This document shows positions 47,180 to 55,499 of a stretch of 64,000 bases of DNA, piece by piece. Under the pieces are notes generated by a model. It saw nothing but the letters and a program-made list of their open reading frames with translations. It had not been told where the DNA came from and searched no databases. Position numbers and translations under genes: made by a program. Origin of the DNA: a virus. Lineage: Duplodnaviria > Caudoviricetes. The stretch covers positions 7,257-71,256 of the IMG/VR virus record IMGVR_UViG_3300009563_000549. One strand, 5' to 3'. The first letter of the stretch is position 1. The number at the start of each line of letters is the position of its first letter.

Positions 47180-47572
47180 CTAATAACTAAATTTATCATT
47201 AAGCAACAAAACTTTTGTCACCTCTTTAGTTGTGATTTCTCCGCAGGTTACATTAAAAAGACGAAATTCTGCTTCCCAAAGAGTTCCGCATTCTGTATCA
47301 GTTGTATGAAGAATTCCTTCAAGAGGAAAGTCGTCTAGCCTTTCAAGCCTTACACTCACAGAGTCATATTCTTCATCCCAGTCAGGAACTTGAACACTAA
47401 CAATCATTTGTCCAGTGAAAAATTGATCATCTTCACAAGAAAAAACATCGGAATTGAAGCAATCAGCTCCTGATGTATCGTATTTTTGATTTTCGTTTTT
47501 GCAAGCAGAATTTAGAAAGATTGAAGTCAAAAAAGAAAGAAGAATTGAATTGCTCATTTTTGTTTCCCGCAA
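47180..47572 (-). CDS. Putative lipoprotein
   Basis: Hydrophobic leader ending LNSAC. Confidence 0.6.
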   Translation of the reverse strand: MRETKMSNSILLSFLTSIFLNSACKNENQKYDTSGADCFNSDVFSCEDDQFFTGQMIVSVQVPDWDEEYDSVSVRLERLDDFPLEGILHTTDTECGTLWEAEFRLFNVTCGEITTKEVTKVLLLNDKFSY

Positions 47573-47632
47573 AATGCGCTAGTGACGATTACAAGACTTG
47601 TAACGCCCCACAAAAGTGAAAGCTTCATAAGG

Positions 47633-47995
47633 TCAAAGCTTTCCTTTGTGGTTAGGGTTTCCACCCCACTCACCAATCTTTTTTGCGCCGAGAGTGTCCA
47701 TTGAAATAGTCGTTGTGTTCCCAATTTGGCAAGACTTCCCTTTGTTGTAACCAGTTGAATGACGCCAAGCTTTCATGTAAGCTGCTGCGTTTTCTCGATT
47801 GTCAAATCGAAGAATTGTCACACCGGCAACTTTTCCATCACCAGCCATTACACCAATAAGAGCAGGTGCAGTCTCAGTCCCAAGCTCCTCTACGCAAGAG
47901 GGACACTCGTTAATGAACCCACCAACTCGACGCTTTTGAGAAGAAAGATGATCGAAGATTTCGCCGCAATGCTTACACTCTTTCATTTTCACCAT
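47633..47995 (-). CDS. Zn-ribbon protein
   Basis: CKHC...CPSC. Confidence 0.6.
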   Translation of the reverse strand: MVKMKECKHCGEIFDHLSSQKRRVGGFINECPSCVEELGTETAPALIGVMAGDGKVAGVTILRFDNRENAAAYMKAWRHSTGYNKGKSCQIGNTTTISMDTLGAKKIGEWGGNPNHKGKL

Positions 47996-48073
47996 TTGCG
48001 TAAGATCGTGAAGTAAGTTTCACAAATCATTATAACACTAATTGATGAAAACGAACACAGGTTAATTCAATTT

Positions 48074-49222
48074 TTATGCCTTTTCTATTTTAACCTGATG
48101 ATCTCTTTTCAGCCATGTAGAAAAAGCAACGTCAGCGTCAGGTATTGGACTGTCATCAGGTAGTCTTTCAACACCTTGCGCATAGTCTTTTATGAAATCA
48201 TCTTCAACTTTTGCATCAACAACATCTGCAATATTTGGGTCTATGCTAAGAATGTCCCAAAGAGGAGAATTCTTTTTTGCTTTGGGGTCAATGCTTCTAA
48301 CAGTGTCAATAACATCTTTGATTTCTGCGCCTGCTTCAATCGCAGTAGCCAAAGTTCCTCCGCCAGGAATCAATCCAAGAGCTGCTTTTAACCCCAAGAA
48401 ACCAGCTTTTTTAGCATAGGCGTCGGCTACGTTTTTAACTTTTTGTCCTCGTGCAGCTTGCAAAGCTTTTTTTAATTCGCCTACTGATTTTATTCGACCA
48501 TCATCTTCTTTAAGAACTTTTTTGACAAAACTACGTATTTTTGCTTCTGTCATATTTTGGTTCGGTAATGACAGACCGCCTGGAAGATCGCTGTCAGGAT
48601 GAACAAGCCCTTTCATAAGAAGTTCATCAATTATTGGGGAATTTTTCTTTTTGTACGCTTTTGAAAGAGAAGTTTCATTCCAGTCAATTCCTTCTTCATC
48701 TGCGAGTTCATATGAAGAAACCTGAATGCAATCATCATCAGGATAGTCAGGAGTTAGAGAACCGTCTTTGTTATCAAGCTGAACTTTCTCAACGTCAGAT
48801 CTTTGTTTGTCATAATAGTTCCAGACAGACTTTGCACTTGAGCTCACAGACCTCCTGTCTGACATAAGAGCAAAACCTTCTAAACTTGCAATTTCCATTG
48901 CAATATCATACAAAAAAGGGCCAAGACCTCTCATTTGTGAAAGTGACCAAACTACTTCATATGAATTTTCGCAAGACCCTGGTGATGATTGACGAATTGC
49001 AATAATTCCAAAATCACTAACAGACTTTAAAGAACCAAGAGAACCAAATACAGAGTCAGACTTTTTGTCAATCTTGTCGACACATTCAATAGTCCAACCT
49101 TTCGCTCCTGATGCGCTTTTTGAGTTTCTTTTAATTTTAATCAAAAGATTTTGATCTTGAAGATCAACAGGAGTAAGAGCTCCTTCAAAAAGCTTTTTCT
49201 TTGATGTTGGTCCGCGCTTCAT
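48074..49222 (-). CDS. GNAT-like paralog family, copy 2, with extra C-terminal domain
   Basis: GLGPFLYDIAME...LMSDRRSVSSSAKSVWNYY...QLDNKDGSLTPDYPDDDC. Confidence 0.55.
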   Translation of the reverse strand: MKRGPTSKKKLFEGALTPVDLQDQNLLIKIKRNSKSASGAKGWTIECVDKIDKKSDSVFGSLGSLKSVSDFGIIAIRQSSPGSCENSYEVVWSLSQMRGLGPFLYDIAMEIASLEGFALMSDRRSVSSSAKSVWNYYDKQRSDVEKVQLDNKDGSLTPDYPDDDCIQVSSYELADEEGIDWNETSLSKAYKKKNSPIIDELLMKGLVHPDSDLPGGLSLPNQNMTEAKIRSFVKKVLKEDDGRIKSVGELKKALQAARGQKVKNVADAYAKKAGFLGLKAALGLIPGGGTLATAIEAGAEIKDVIDTVRSIDPKAKKNSPLWDILSIDPNIADVVDAKVEDDFIKDYAQGVERLPDDSPIPDADVAFSTWLKRDHQVKIEKA

Positions 49223-49241
49223 ATTTGCTCCGATTTATTGC

Positions 49242-49763
49242 TTACTTTTCTTTTTTAGACTTTGCTAATTTTGAAAAGCCTTTTTTAAGAGCTTCAACAA
49301 CAGTTGGGATAAAAGAGTAGTTTCCAATTTCATCTTCTGAAATCCACTCGTATTTATCATTTTCTGCAATTCCGTGAGTTTCTACAAGCTTAACTTCGCC
49401 GCTCCACTCACCTGGCATTGTTATGAAAAACGCCGCCGACCATTTTTCTTTTTCGTAATTGATTACTGCAAGAGGAGAAATTTTTCCAATTTTCAACGTC
49501 GTTTCTTCCGACGCTTCTCTCTTTGCAGCTTTCATAGCGCTTTCTCCTTCGTCAATGCTTCCACCTGGAAGACTCCATTTTCCAGGCATCCAAGGAGCAG
49601 TAGGTCCTCTTCGAAGGATTAGCACTTTACGATCTTTGTTAAGAACAACGGTCGCGGCTGAACTTGGCTCATACTTACCTGATGCTTCTTGAAGAGAACC
49701 ATTACGTTCTAATCTTAGCATTTCACGAATGATTAATCTTAAAGCTAGATTTTTATCAAGCAT
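49242..49763 (-). CDS. NUDIX hydrolase (paralog of 21376)
   Basis: TAPWMPGKWSLPGGSIDEGESAMKAAKREASEET. Confidence 0.9.
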   Translation of the reverse strand: MLDKNLALRLIIREMLRLERNGSLQEASGKYEPSSAATVVLNKDRKVLILRRGPTAPWMPGKWSLPGGSIDEGESAMKAAKREASEETTLKIGKISPLAVINYEKEKWSAAFFITMPGEWSGEVKLVETHGIAENDKYEWISEDEIGNYSFIPTVVEALKKGFSKLAKSKKEK

Positions 49764-49767
49764 GACA

Positions 49768-50016
49768 TCAAAATCCTTGATCAAATTTTTCTTGATCTTT
49801 TTTAAATTCTGCGTAAAAGCCGTCAATTACACTCATCATTTCATCATATGCACTGTCGACGTCACCGCCATTTTCATTCATCCAATTTTCAAGCCACTCA
49901 TAAACTGCAAGATCAAGACTTGAATTTGCTTTTGGTGGAGACGGATAAGACCCTCCCATCTCTTTAATGATTTGTTTTGAAATAACTCTACGAAGAGAAG
50001 ATTCAGTAATTTTCAT
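49768..50016 (-). CDS. Small protein with MKITESSLRRVI N-terminus
   Basis: ORF track. Confidence 0.6.
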   Translation of the reverse strand: MKITESSLRRVISKQIIKEMGGSYPSPPKANSSLDLAVYEWLENWMNENGGDVDSAYDEMMSVIDGFYAEFKKDQEKFDQGF

Positions 50017-50025
50017 TTTAGCCTC

Positions 50026-50658
50026 TTATTTAATCTTTAAATCAAGAATTCCAAGTGAATTTAATTCGTCAAGAATAGGTGTCGATTTTTTCATAAATGC
50101 TCTTGACAATGAAACATCATTCCATTTTTTTGAACCACCAGAGTCTGCTGATACGGACCTTGACATAAATTGGTTACAGTCATCATCAGGATAGTCGGGA
50201 GTTAGATCACCGTCTTCATTATCAAGTTGAATTTTTTCGACATCACCTCTTTCCGTATCATAGAAATCCCAAATTTTCTGAGCCTTGTCACTTACTTCAT
50301 CACGGTCAGATGCAAGTGAGAGTCCTTTTAAAGAAAGAATTTCCATTGCAATATCATAGATAAGTGGTCCAAGTCCTTTGACTCTTGCAGAAGACCATGT
50401 TACTTCCCAAGCCTTTGAACAGGGACCACCAGCTTGTAAGTTGTAGTACGGTTTTTCAAATCTTATTTCAGCAGCACGTTCAACTTCGCCGGAGTCTTTG
50501 TTCGTTATGTAAATGTTTACATTACCGTTTGATTTTAAACATTTAGCAACGACATCAACATCACCAAGAGACATAAGGTCAGACGGAGTAAGAGCAGCTT
50601 CATTAAGTAAAAGCTGCTCTCTAATGAGACTTCTTAGAAGTGTCTCAAATTGTCTCAT
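50026..50658 (-). CDS. GNAT-like paralog family, copy 3
   Basis: GGPCSKAW...GLGPLIYDIAME...LASDRDEVSDKAQKIWDFY...QLDNEDGDLTPDYPDDDC. Confidence 0.55.
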   Translation of the reverse strand: MRQFETLLRSLIREQLLLNEAALTPSDLMSLGDVDVVAKCLKSNGNVNIYITNKDSGEVERAAEIRFEKPYYNLQAGGPCSKAWEVTWSSARVKGLGPLIYDIAMEILSLKGLSLASDRDEVSDKAQKIWDFYDTERGDVEKIQLDNEDGDLTPDYPDDDCNQFMSRSVSADSGGSKKWNDVSLSRAFMKKSTPILDELNSLGILDLKIK

Positions 50659-50928
50659 TTAGTATCTTCTGTACCTTGAGCTGCTTGATCCAAACCCATA
50701 GCCTCTCGAGTATCCTCCTCGAGAACCGCTGTCGTATGCTACACCGTCTCCATCATCGAGCAAACCGTGTGATTCTGGATCGTCATCAAAATACTCTTCG
50801 TTTCCTTCATCATCGACAAGATACGTCTCATTCCCTCTACGAATAAGAGCACGCTCAGACTCCATTAGTCTTTTTGCTTCTTCTCGAACAATTTGACGTA
50901 GCTTGCTTTCTGTAAGTCTCATAATCAC
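50659..50928 (-). CDS. Small protein with MRLTESKLRQIVREE N-terminus and G/S/R/Y low-complexity tail
   Basis: Ends GSRGGYSRGYGFGSSSSRYRRY. Confidence 0.65.
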   Translation of the reverse strand: MIMRLTESKLRQIVREEAKRLMESERALIRRGNETYLVDDEGNEEYFDDDPESHGLLDDGDGVAYDSGSRGGYSRGYGFGSSSSRYRRY

Positions 50929-51003
50929 TCCTGCATAAAATGCTTAAATTTATTTATCTCTTACGAAGAAAAAAAGTAAGTAAAATTGAATGAATCTCAG
51001 ATT

Positions 51004-51360
51004 TCACAAATACTTTAAGCTCTGCCCGTCGCCCTCTTCATTTCCGTAAGTCGAGGAATCTCCATTGTTAGGATCGTAATTGTCTATTTCTCCGAGTGAT
51101 TCTCCTTCTCCTGTTATGAAGAGACAATACTCACCGTTTCCGTATCCACCACCAGCCGATCTAGAAACAGGAGTGTATTCATGTTCTGGTTTAGAAGCGT
51201 CATTTTCCGACTGCGAACAATCACCACCTCCAAACCCTCCGCCGTCATAATAACCATAAGCTTGACTATAACCGTAGCCGTCACCTTTGTGTAGATTTCC
51301 TGCACAAAAATGTAAGCTATCTTTCTCTTTAGTTGTTATTCCAACAAATTTCCAGGTCAT
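51004..51360 (-). CDS. Gly-rich array member
   Basis: MTWKFVGITTKEKDSLHFCAGNLHKGDGYG. Confidence 0.85.
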   Translation of the reverse strand: MTWKFVGITTKEKDSLHFCAGNLHKGDGYGYSQAYGYYDGGGFGGGDCSQSENDASKPEHEYTPVSRSAGGGYGNGEYCLFITGEGESLGEIDNYDPNNGDSSTYGNEEGDGQSLKYL

Positions 51361-51611
51361 TTTGGACTCCCACCGTCACCGGTCCTGATAGTAAACCAAT
51401 TTTCGTTCTCATTTTTTGCGCCACCAGCGCCCCCGCCGCCGCAACCTTCTCCACAACCGTTTCTGTATCCGTAACCGAATCCTGTTCCTCCGCCGTTGTC
51501 TGCGCCCAGTTTATCATAGGTGCCCAAACCATCGCCTTCAGAAAGTGTAGCTCCACAATAACGTGAAAGTTTTTGGTCGAAGGTTTCCATTCCAATAAAT
51601 TGCCAAGTCAT
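51357..51611 (-). CDS. Gly-rich array member
   Basis: MTWQFIGMETFDQKLSRYCGATLSEGDG. Confidence 0.88.
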   Translation of the reverse strand: MTWQFIGMETFDQKLSRYCGATLSEGDGLGTYDKLGADNGGGTGFGYGYRNGCGEGCGGGGAGGAKNENENWFTIRTGDGGSPK

Positions 51612-51859
51612 TGTTCGTCTCCACCATCACCCCAGCCATCGCCGTCGTCGCCGTCACCTTTGCCATCACCGGCTTGGGCGGCGTAGCCGCAACCAAACCC
51701 GTGTCCATCTCCTATTCCATTTCCGTAGAGGTCTCCATCACCATCTCCCCAACTACGACCATTTTTGACTCCAAATCCTTTTCCTGAAGTCAAAGTCCCG
51801 TGACAAAAATTAAGAGCTTTCCTCTCAGTAGACTCCATTCCAACAAAGTGCCAAGTCAT
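51608..51859 (-). CDS. Gly-rich array member
   Basis: MTWHFVGMESTERKALNFCHGTLTSG...GDEQ. Confidence 0.88.
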   Translation of the reverse strand: MTWHFVGMESTERKALNFCHGTLTSGKGFGVKNGRSWGDGDGDLYGNGIGDGHGFGCGYAAQAGDGKGDGDDGDGWGDGGDEQ

Positions 51860-51861
51860 TT

Positions 51862-52140
51862 TTAATCTCCGTTGTCACCGCCTCCATCTCCATAATTGCA
51901 ACCGTCACCCCAGCCTTCCCCTGAATAATAGTGATCTACATATTCGTTGTAATAAGGAACGCTATTGACATTGATAACGTAGGTAGTATCTCTGCAACCG
52001 CTACCGTTACCTTTTTTATCACCATAAAAGAGTCCATCACCGCGTCCGTTAATGTGACCTTGATTATTGTCTGGAAAGCCGTGACAAATTGACAAAACTT
52101 TTTCCTCGATTGTTTCCATTCCAATAAATTGCCAGGTCAT
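51862..52140 (-). CDS. Gly-rich array member
   Basis: MTWQFIGMETIEEKVLSICHG. Confidence 0.88.
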   Translation of the reverse strand: MTWQFIGMETIEEKVLSICHGFPDNNQGHINGRGDGLFYGDKKGNGSGCRDTTYVINVNSVPYYNEYVDHYYSGEGWGDGCNYGDGGGDNGD

Positions 52141-52349
52141 TGTTCGTCTCCACCATCACCCCAGCCATCACCGCTTTCATATCCGTATCCGCAACCCCAT
52201 CCGTATCCAGGATTGTGTTCATCTTCGTATGCGGACCTGTTCCCCCATTCGAGTCCGTTTCCCATTCCGTCTCCTGACGTTAAAGTTCCTCCACAAAGAT
52301 AAAGAGCTTTCTCGTCAGGAGAGTCCATTTCGACAAAGTGCCAGGTCAA
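52137..52349 (-). CDS. Gly-rich array member
   Basis: MTWHFVEMDSPDEKALYLCGGTLTSG...GDEQ. Confidence 0.88.
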   Translation of the reverse strand: MTWHFVEMDSPDEKALYLCGGTLTSGDGMGNGLEWGNRSAYEDEHNPGYGWGCGYGYESGDGWGDGGDEQ

Positions 52350-52615
52350 TTTACGCCCCAGCCGTCGCCGTCATTTTCATAATCTGAATACTCTATTAAT
52401 TGTTCATCAATTGAGTAGTTTCCCCACTGAGATCCGTCTCCATCAATAGATTGACAATAAAAGCAGGAGCTTCCATTGCCGTATCCATCACCGTCAGTTG
52501 CGATGGATGCGTATTCTTCGCTAATCCCAGTCCCATCGCCAAATTCAGATCCTGTTTGGCAATTATGAAGAGCGCTTTTTTCTTGTGATTCCATTCCAAC
52601 AAAGCGCCAAGTCAT
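52346..52615 (-). CDS. Gly-rich array member
   Basis: MTWRFVGMESQEKSALHNCQTG. Confidence 0.88.
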   Translation of the reverse strand: MTWRFVGMESQEKSALHNCQTGSEFGDGTGISEEYASIATDGDGYGNGSSCFYCQSIDGDGSQWGNYSIDEQLIEYSDYENDGDGWGVN

Positions 52616-52836
52616 TCTGAACTCCTGCCATCACCGGTTATGTCTACGTCTACGTATCCCCACCCGTGTCCGTCTCCCCGTCCATCTCTGTATCCTTGTC
52701 CGTCTCCGTATCCCCGTCCGTATCCGTATCCCCGTCCGTCTCCGTCTCCAAATCCGTTTCCTGACGTCAAAGTTCCACCACAAATACAAAGAGTTTCCTC
52801 TTCAGGAGAGTTTGCTCTAACAAAGCGCCAAGTCAT
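52612..52836 (-). CDS. Gly-rich array member
   Basis: MTWRFVRANSPEEETLCICGGTLTSG...GRSSE. Confidence 0.88.
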   Translation of the reverse strand: MTWRFVRANSPEEETLCICGGTLTSGNGFGDGDGRGYGYGRGYGDGQGYRDGRGDGHGWGYVDVDITGDGRSSE

Positions 52837-53075
52837 TCTGAACTCCTGCCATCACCGGTTATATCTCCGTATCCGTATTCCCATCCGCTTCCGTTTCCGT
52901 CTCCACCTCCGTCTCCGTATCCGTATCCGTATCCGTATCCTCGTCCGTCTGCGTATCCACGTCCGTATCCCCGTCCATATCCGTCTCCCCTGCTGTAGGC
53001 CGACGTCATAGTTCCGCCACAAATGACCAAAACTTTCTCATAAGGAGACTTCATTCCGACAAATTTCCAGGTCAT
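52833..53075 (-). CDS. Gly-rich array member
   Basis: MTWKFVGMKSPYEKVLVICGGTMTS...GRSSE. Confidence 0.88.
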   Translation of the reverse strand: MTWKFVGMKSPYEKVLVICGGTMTSAYSRGDGYGRGYGRGYADGRGYGYGYGYGDGGGDGNGSGWEYGYGDITGDGRSSE

Positions 53076-53175
53076 GCTGCGCTCCTGAAAGACGTGACAT
53101 AACCTATTAATTCATTTGAGCAAAAGTAGAAGGTGAGTTTTGAAAAAAAGCTCAATTTAAAGTCCCTAAAGTACT

Positions 53176-53421
53176 CTAAAAATTATTCACTCCATCGCCA
53201 TATGATCGACCGTATTCGCTACCATAACCATATCCATCTCCTAAGCCTAATGCATCACCATAACCCTCATAGACACCGTCACCCCAACCTTCTCCTTCCT
53301 CACCGCCGCCGTATCCGCGACCAGAACCGTCACCCCAACCTTCTCCCTCTGATAAGGATGCACCACAAAATTCAATAATTTTTGATTCAAAAGTTTCTAT
53401 CTCAACAAAGTGCCAAATCAT
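53176..53421 (-). CDS. Gly-rich array member
   Basis: MIWHFVEIETFESKIIEFCGASLSEG. Confidence 0.88.
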   Translation of the reverse strand: MIWHFVEIETFESKIIEFCGASLSEGEGWGDGSGRGYGGGEEGEGWGDGVYEGYGDALGLGDGYGYGSEYGRSYGDGVNNF

Positions 53422-53663
53422 TTTTGCTGACCTTTGAATTTAAATCCGCCTCCACGACCGTCACCGGTAGAGATGCTGTCTTTGGTTAAGCTTCCATACC
53501 CAAACATAGCTCCGTCTCCACGCCTTAAAGAAGACCCATAACCCCAGCCATCTCCTTTATAACCGTCTCCTTCTCCGTATCCGTCTCCTGAAGAGAGCGT
53601 TCCTTCGCAAAGATAAAGAACTTTTAACTCAGGGGGTTCCATTCCGACAAAGTGCCAAATCAT
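53418..53663 (-). CDS. Gly-rich array member
   Basis: MIWHFVGMEPPELKVLYLCEGTLSSG. Confidence 0.88.
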   Translation of the reverse strand: MIWHFVGMEPPELKVLYLCEGTLSSGDGYGEGDGYKGDGWGYGSSLRRGDGAMFGYGSLTKDSISTGDGRGGGFKFKGQQK

Positions 53664-53929
53664 CCTATGTCCCTTTTAAGTCCGTATCCGTCTCCGTTTT
53701 CATATCCGTGTCCGCAACCGAACCCGCTTCCGCTTCCATCTGCATACACAGGTGAGTCTCCGCTGCCGTCTCCATCGAAGTCTTCGCCCTCAAAGATGCC
53801 CCCGCCATCGCCGCATGCGTCGCCATATTCAAATCCGTCTCCATATCCAAATTTTGACGCCGAGCCTACGCAGCAAACGTCCAAAGCTTTCTCCTCAGGA
53901 GACTTAATTTCAACAAAGTGCCAAGTCAT
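53660..53929 (-). CDS. Gly-rich array member
   Basis: MTWHFVEIKSPEEKALDVCCVG. Confidence 0.88.
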   Translation of the reverse strand: MTWHFVEIKSPEEKALDVCCVGSASKFGYGDGFEYGDACGDGGGIFEGEDFDGDGSGDSPVYADGSGSGFGCGHGYENGDGYGLKRDIG

Positions 53930-54150
53930 GCTGAGCTCTCTCCATCACCGGTTATGTATCCGCTTCCGCTTCCGTTTTCGTATCCGTTTCCGTTTCCGTT
54001 TCCGTTTCCGTGCCCGTATCCGTCTCCCCATCCGTATCCGTGTCTGTGTCCAAATCCAAATCCGTTTCCATTTCCTGACGTTAAAGTTCCGTCACAAAGA
54101 TTAAGAGCTTTCTCGTTAGGAGAGTCCATTCCGATAAAGTGCCAAGTCAT
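53926..54150 (-). CDS. Gly-rich array member
   Basis: MTWHFIGMDSPNEKALNLCDGTLTSG...GESSA. Confidence 0.88.
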   Translation of the reverse strand: MTWHFIGMDSPNEKALNLCDGTLTSGNGNGFGFGHRHGYGWGDGYGHGNGNGNGNGYENGSGSGYITGDGESSA

Positions 54151-54395
54151 TTTGGACTCTCTCCGTCGCCGTCACCGTCACCGTCACCGTCTCCCCATCC
54201 GTCACCGTCACCGTCACCGTCTCCCCATCCGTCTCCGTCTCCGTATCCATATCCCTGTCCGTATCCGCATCCGTTTCCCCGTCCGTATCCCCGTCCATAT
54301 CCGTCTCCCCATCCGTTTCCTGACGTCAAAGTTCCGCCACAAAGATAAAGAGCTTTCTCATCAGTAGTGTCCATTTCGACAAAGTGCCAGGTCAT
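54147..54395 (-). CDS. Gly-rich array member
   Basis: MTWHFVEMDTTDEKALYLCGGTLTSG...GESPK. Confidence 0.88.
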   Translation of the reverse strand: MTWHFVEMDTTDEKALYLCGGTLTSGNGWGDGYGRGYGRGNGCGYGQGYGYGDGDGWGDGDGDGDGWGDGDGDGDGDGESPK

Positions 54396-54628
54396 GCTGA
54401 GCTCTCTCCATCACCGCGAGAGGTGCCATAATCGAATCCGTCTCCTACTCCATTTCCTTCTTGACCCCAGTATCCGCTCCCCCATCCGTACCCGCACCCC
54501 AGTCCGTCTCCGTCTCCATCTATGTCTCCCCATCCATAACCCTCTCCGTCTCCCGATGTCAAAGTTCCGCCGCAAATGCGAAGAGTTTCCTCTTCAGGAG
54601 GGTCTGCTCTAACAAAGTGCCAAGTCAT
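54392..54628 (-). CDS. Gly-rich array member
   Basis: MTWHFVRADPPEEETLRICGGTLTSG...GESSA. Confidence 0.88.
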   Translation of the reverse strand: MTWHFVRADPPEEETLRICGGTLTSGDGEGYGWGDIDGDGDGLGCGYGWGSGYWGQEGNGVGDGFDYGTSRGDGESSA

Positions 54629-54637
54629 GCTGAGCTC

Positions 54638-54850
54638 CTATCGCTTATCGTATCCGTGTCCGTCTCCGCATCCGCCTCCGTATCCGCTTCCATATCCGTT
54701 TCCGCTTCCGTATCCGTCTCCGTTTCCACCTCCGTCTCCGTCTCCGTTTCCGCTTCCGTATCCTAATCCGTTTCCTGACGTTAAAGTTCCGCCACAAAGA
54801 TAAAGAGCTTTCTCATCAGGAGTGTCCATTTCGACAAAGTGCCAGGTCAT
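54638..54850 (-). CDS. Gly-rich array member
   Basis: MTWHFVEMDTPDEKALYLCGGTLTSG...GYDKR. Confidence 0.88.
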   Translation of the reverse strand: MTWHFVEMDTPDEKALYLCGGTLTSGNGLGYGSGNGDGDGGGNGDGYGSGNGYGSGYGGGCGDGHGYDKR

Positions 54851-55095
54851 TTTGGACACTCTCCATCGCCGTTATTGAAACCGTAAAGACTACGATCATC
54901 ATATTCATTTCCGCCGTCTCCATCACCGAAGCCGTCACCCCAACCGTCACCTCTCCAGTTTCCGTAATTACAACTGATGCCATTGCCGTCCCACACCAGA
55001 CCGCCGCTGCGTCCATCATTGATGGTAAGAGACCCACAACAGTAGGATAGAGCAACAACATCAGCAGCGTCCATTCCAATAAAGCACCAGGTCAT
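54847..55095 (-). CDS. Gly-rich array member
   Basis: MTWCFIGMDAADVVALSYCCGSLT. Confidence 0.88.
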   Translation of the reverse strand: MTWCFIGMDAADVVALSYCCGSLTINDGRSGGLVWDGNGISCNYGNWRGDGWGDGFGDGDGGNEYDDRSLYGFNNGDGECPK

Positions 55096-55352
55096 TCTGG
55101 ACTCTCTCCGTTGCCGTTATCAAAACCGTAAAGACAATTGCTTTGATGCCCACCATTGCCGTATCCGTCACCGCAGCCGTCACCCCAGCCGTCACCAGCA
55201 GAGTTTCCGTAAGGGCAACCGGTGCCGTTACCATTCCACTCCATGCCGGTGCCGGGCAGCGAGCCGTGTCCATCATCGGCAGTAAGAGACCTATAGCAAC
55301 GGAATGAAGCAATAGCATCAGCAGCGTCCATTCCAACAAAGTGCCAAGTCAT
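55092..55352 (-). CDS. Gly-rich array member
   Basis: MTWHFVGMDAADAIASFRCYRSLT. Confidence 0.88.
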   Translation of the reverse strand: MTWHFVGMDAADAIASFRCYRSLTADDGHGSLPGTGMEWNGNGTGCPYGNSAGDGWGDGCGDGYGNGGHQSNCLYGFDNGNGESPE

Positions 55353-55361
55353 GCTGAGCTC

Positions 55362-55499
55362 CTATCGCTTATCGTATCCGTATCCGAATCCGTATCCCCA
55401 TCCATCTCCTGACGTTCCTGCCCTTGTTAATGTTTTATTGTAACAACAATCAAGAGCTTTTTCCTCAAAAAGTTCCATTCCGACAAAGTGCCAAGTCAC
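55362..55499 (-). CDS. Gly-rich array member (GTG start, 45 aa)
   Basis: VTWHFVGMELFEEKALDCCYNKTLT...GYDKR; GTGA overlap with upstream stop. Confidence 0.82.
   Translation of the reverse strand: MTWHFVGMELFEEKALDCCYNKTLTRAGTSGDGWGYGFGYGYDKR

Noticed and set aside
52640-54803. Plus-strand Pro/Ser/Tyr-rich and Arg/Ile/His-rich ORFs, and minus-strand Thr/Asp/Met ORFs, over the array
   Set aside because: Shadow frames of the GGA-NAC repeat; they lack RBS and the conserved head, whereas the Gly frame has coupled starts and SD sequences.
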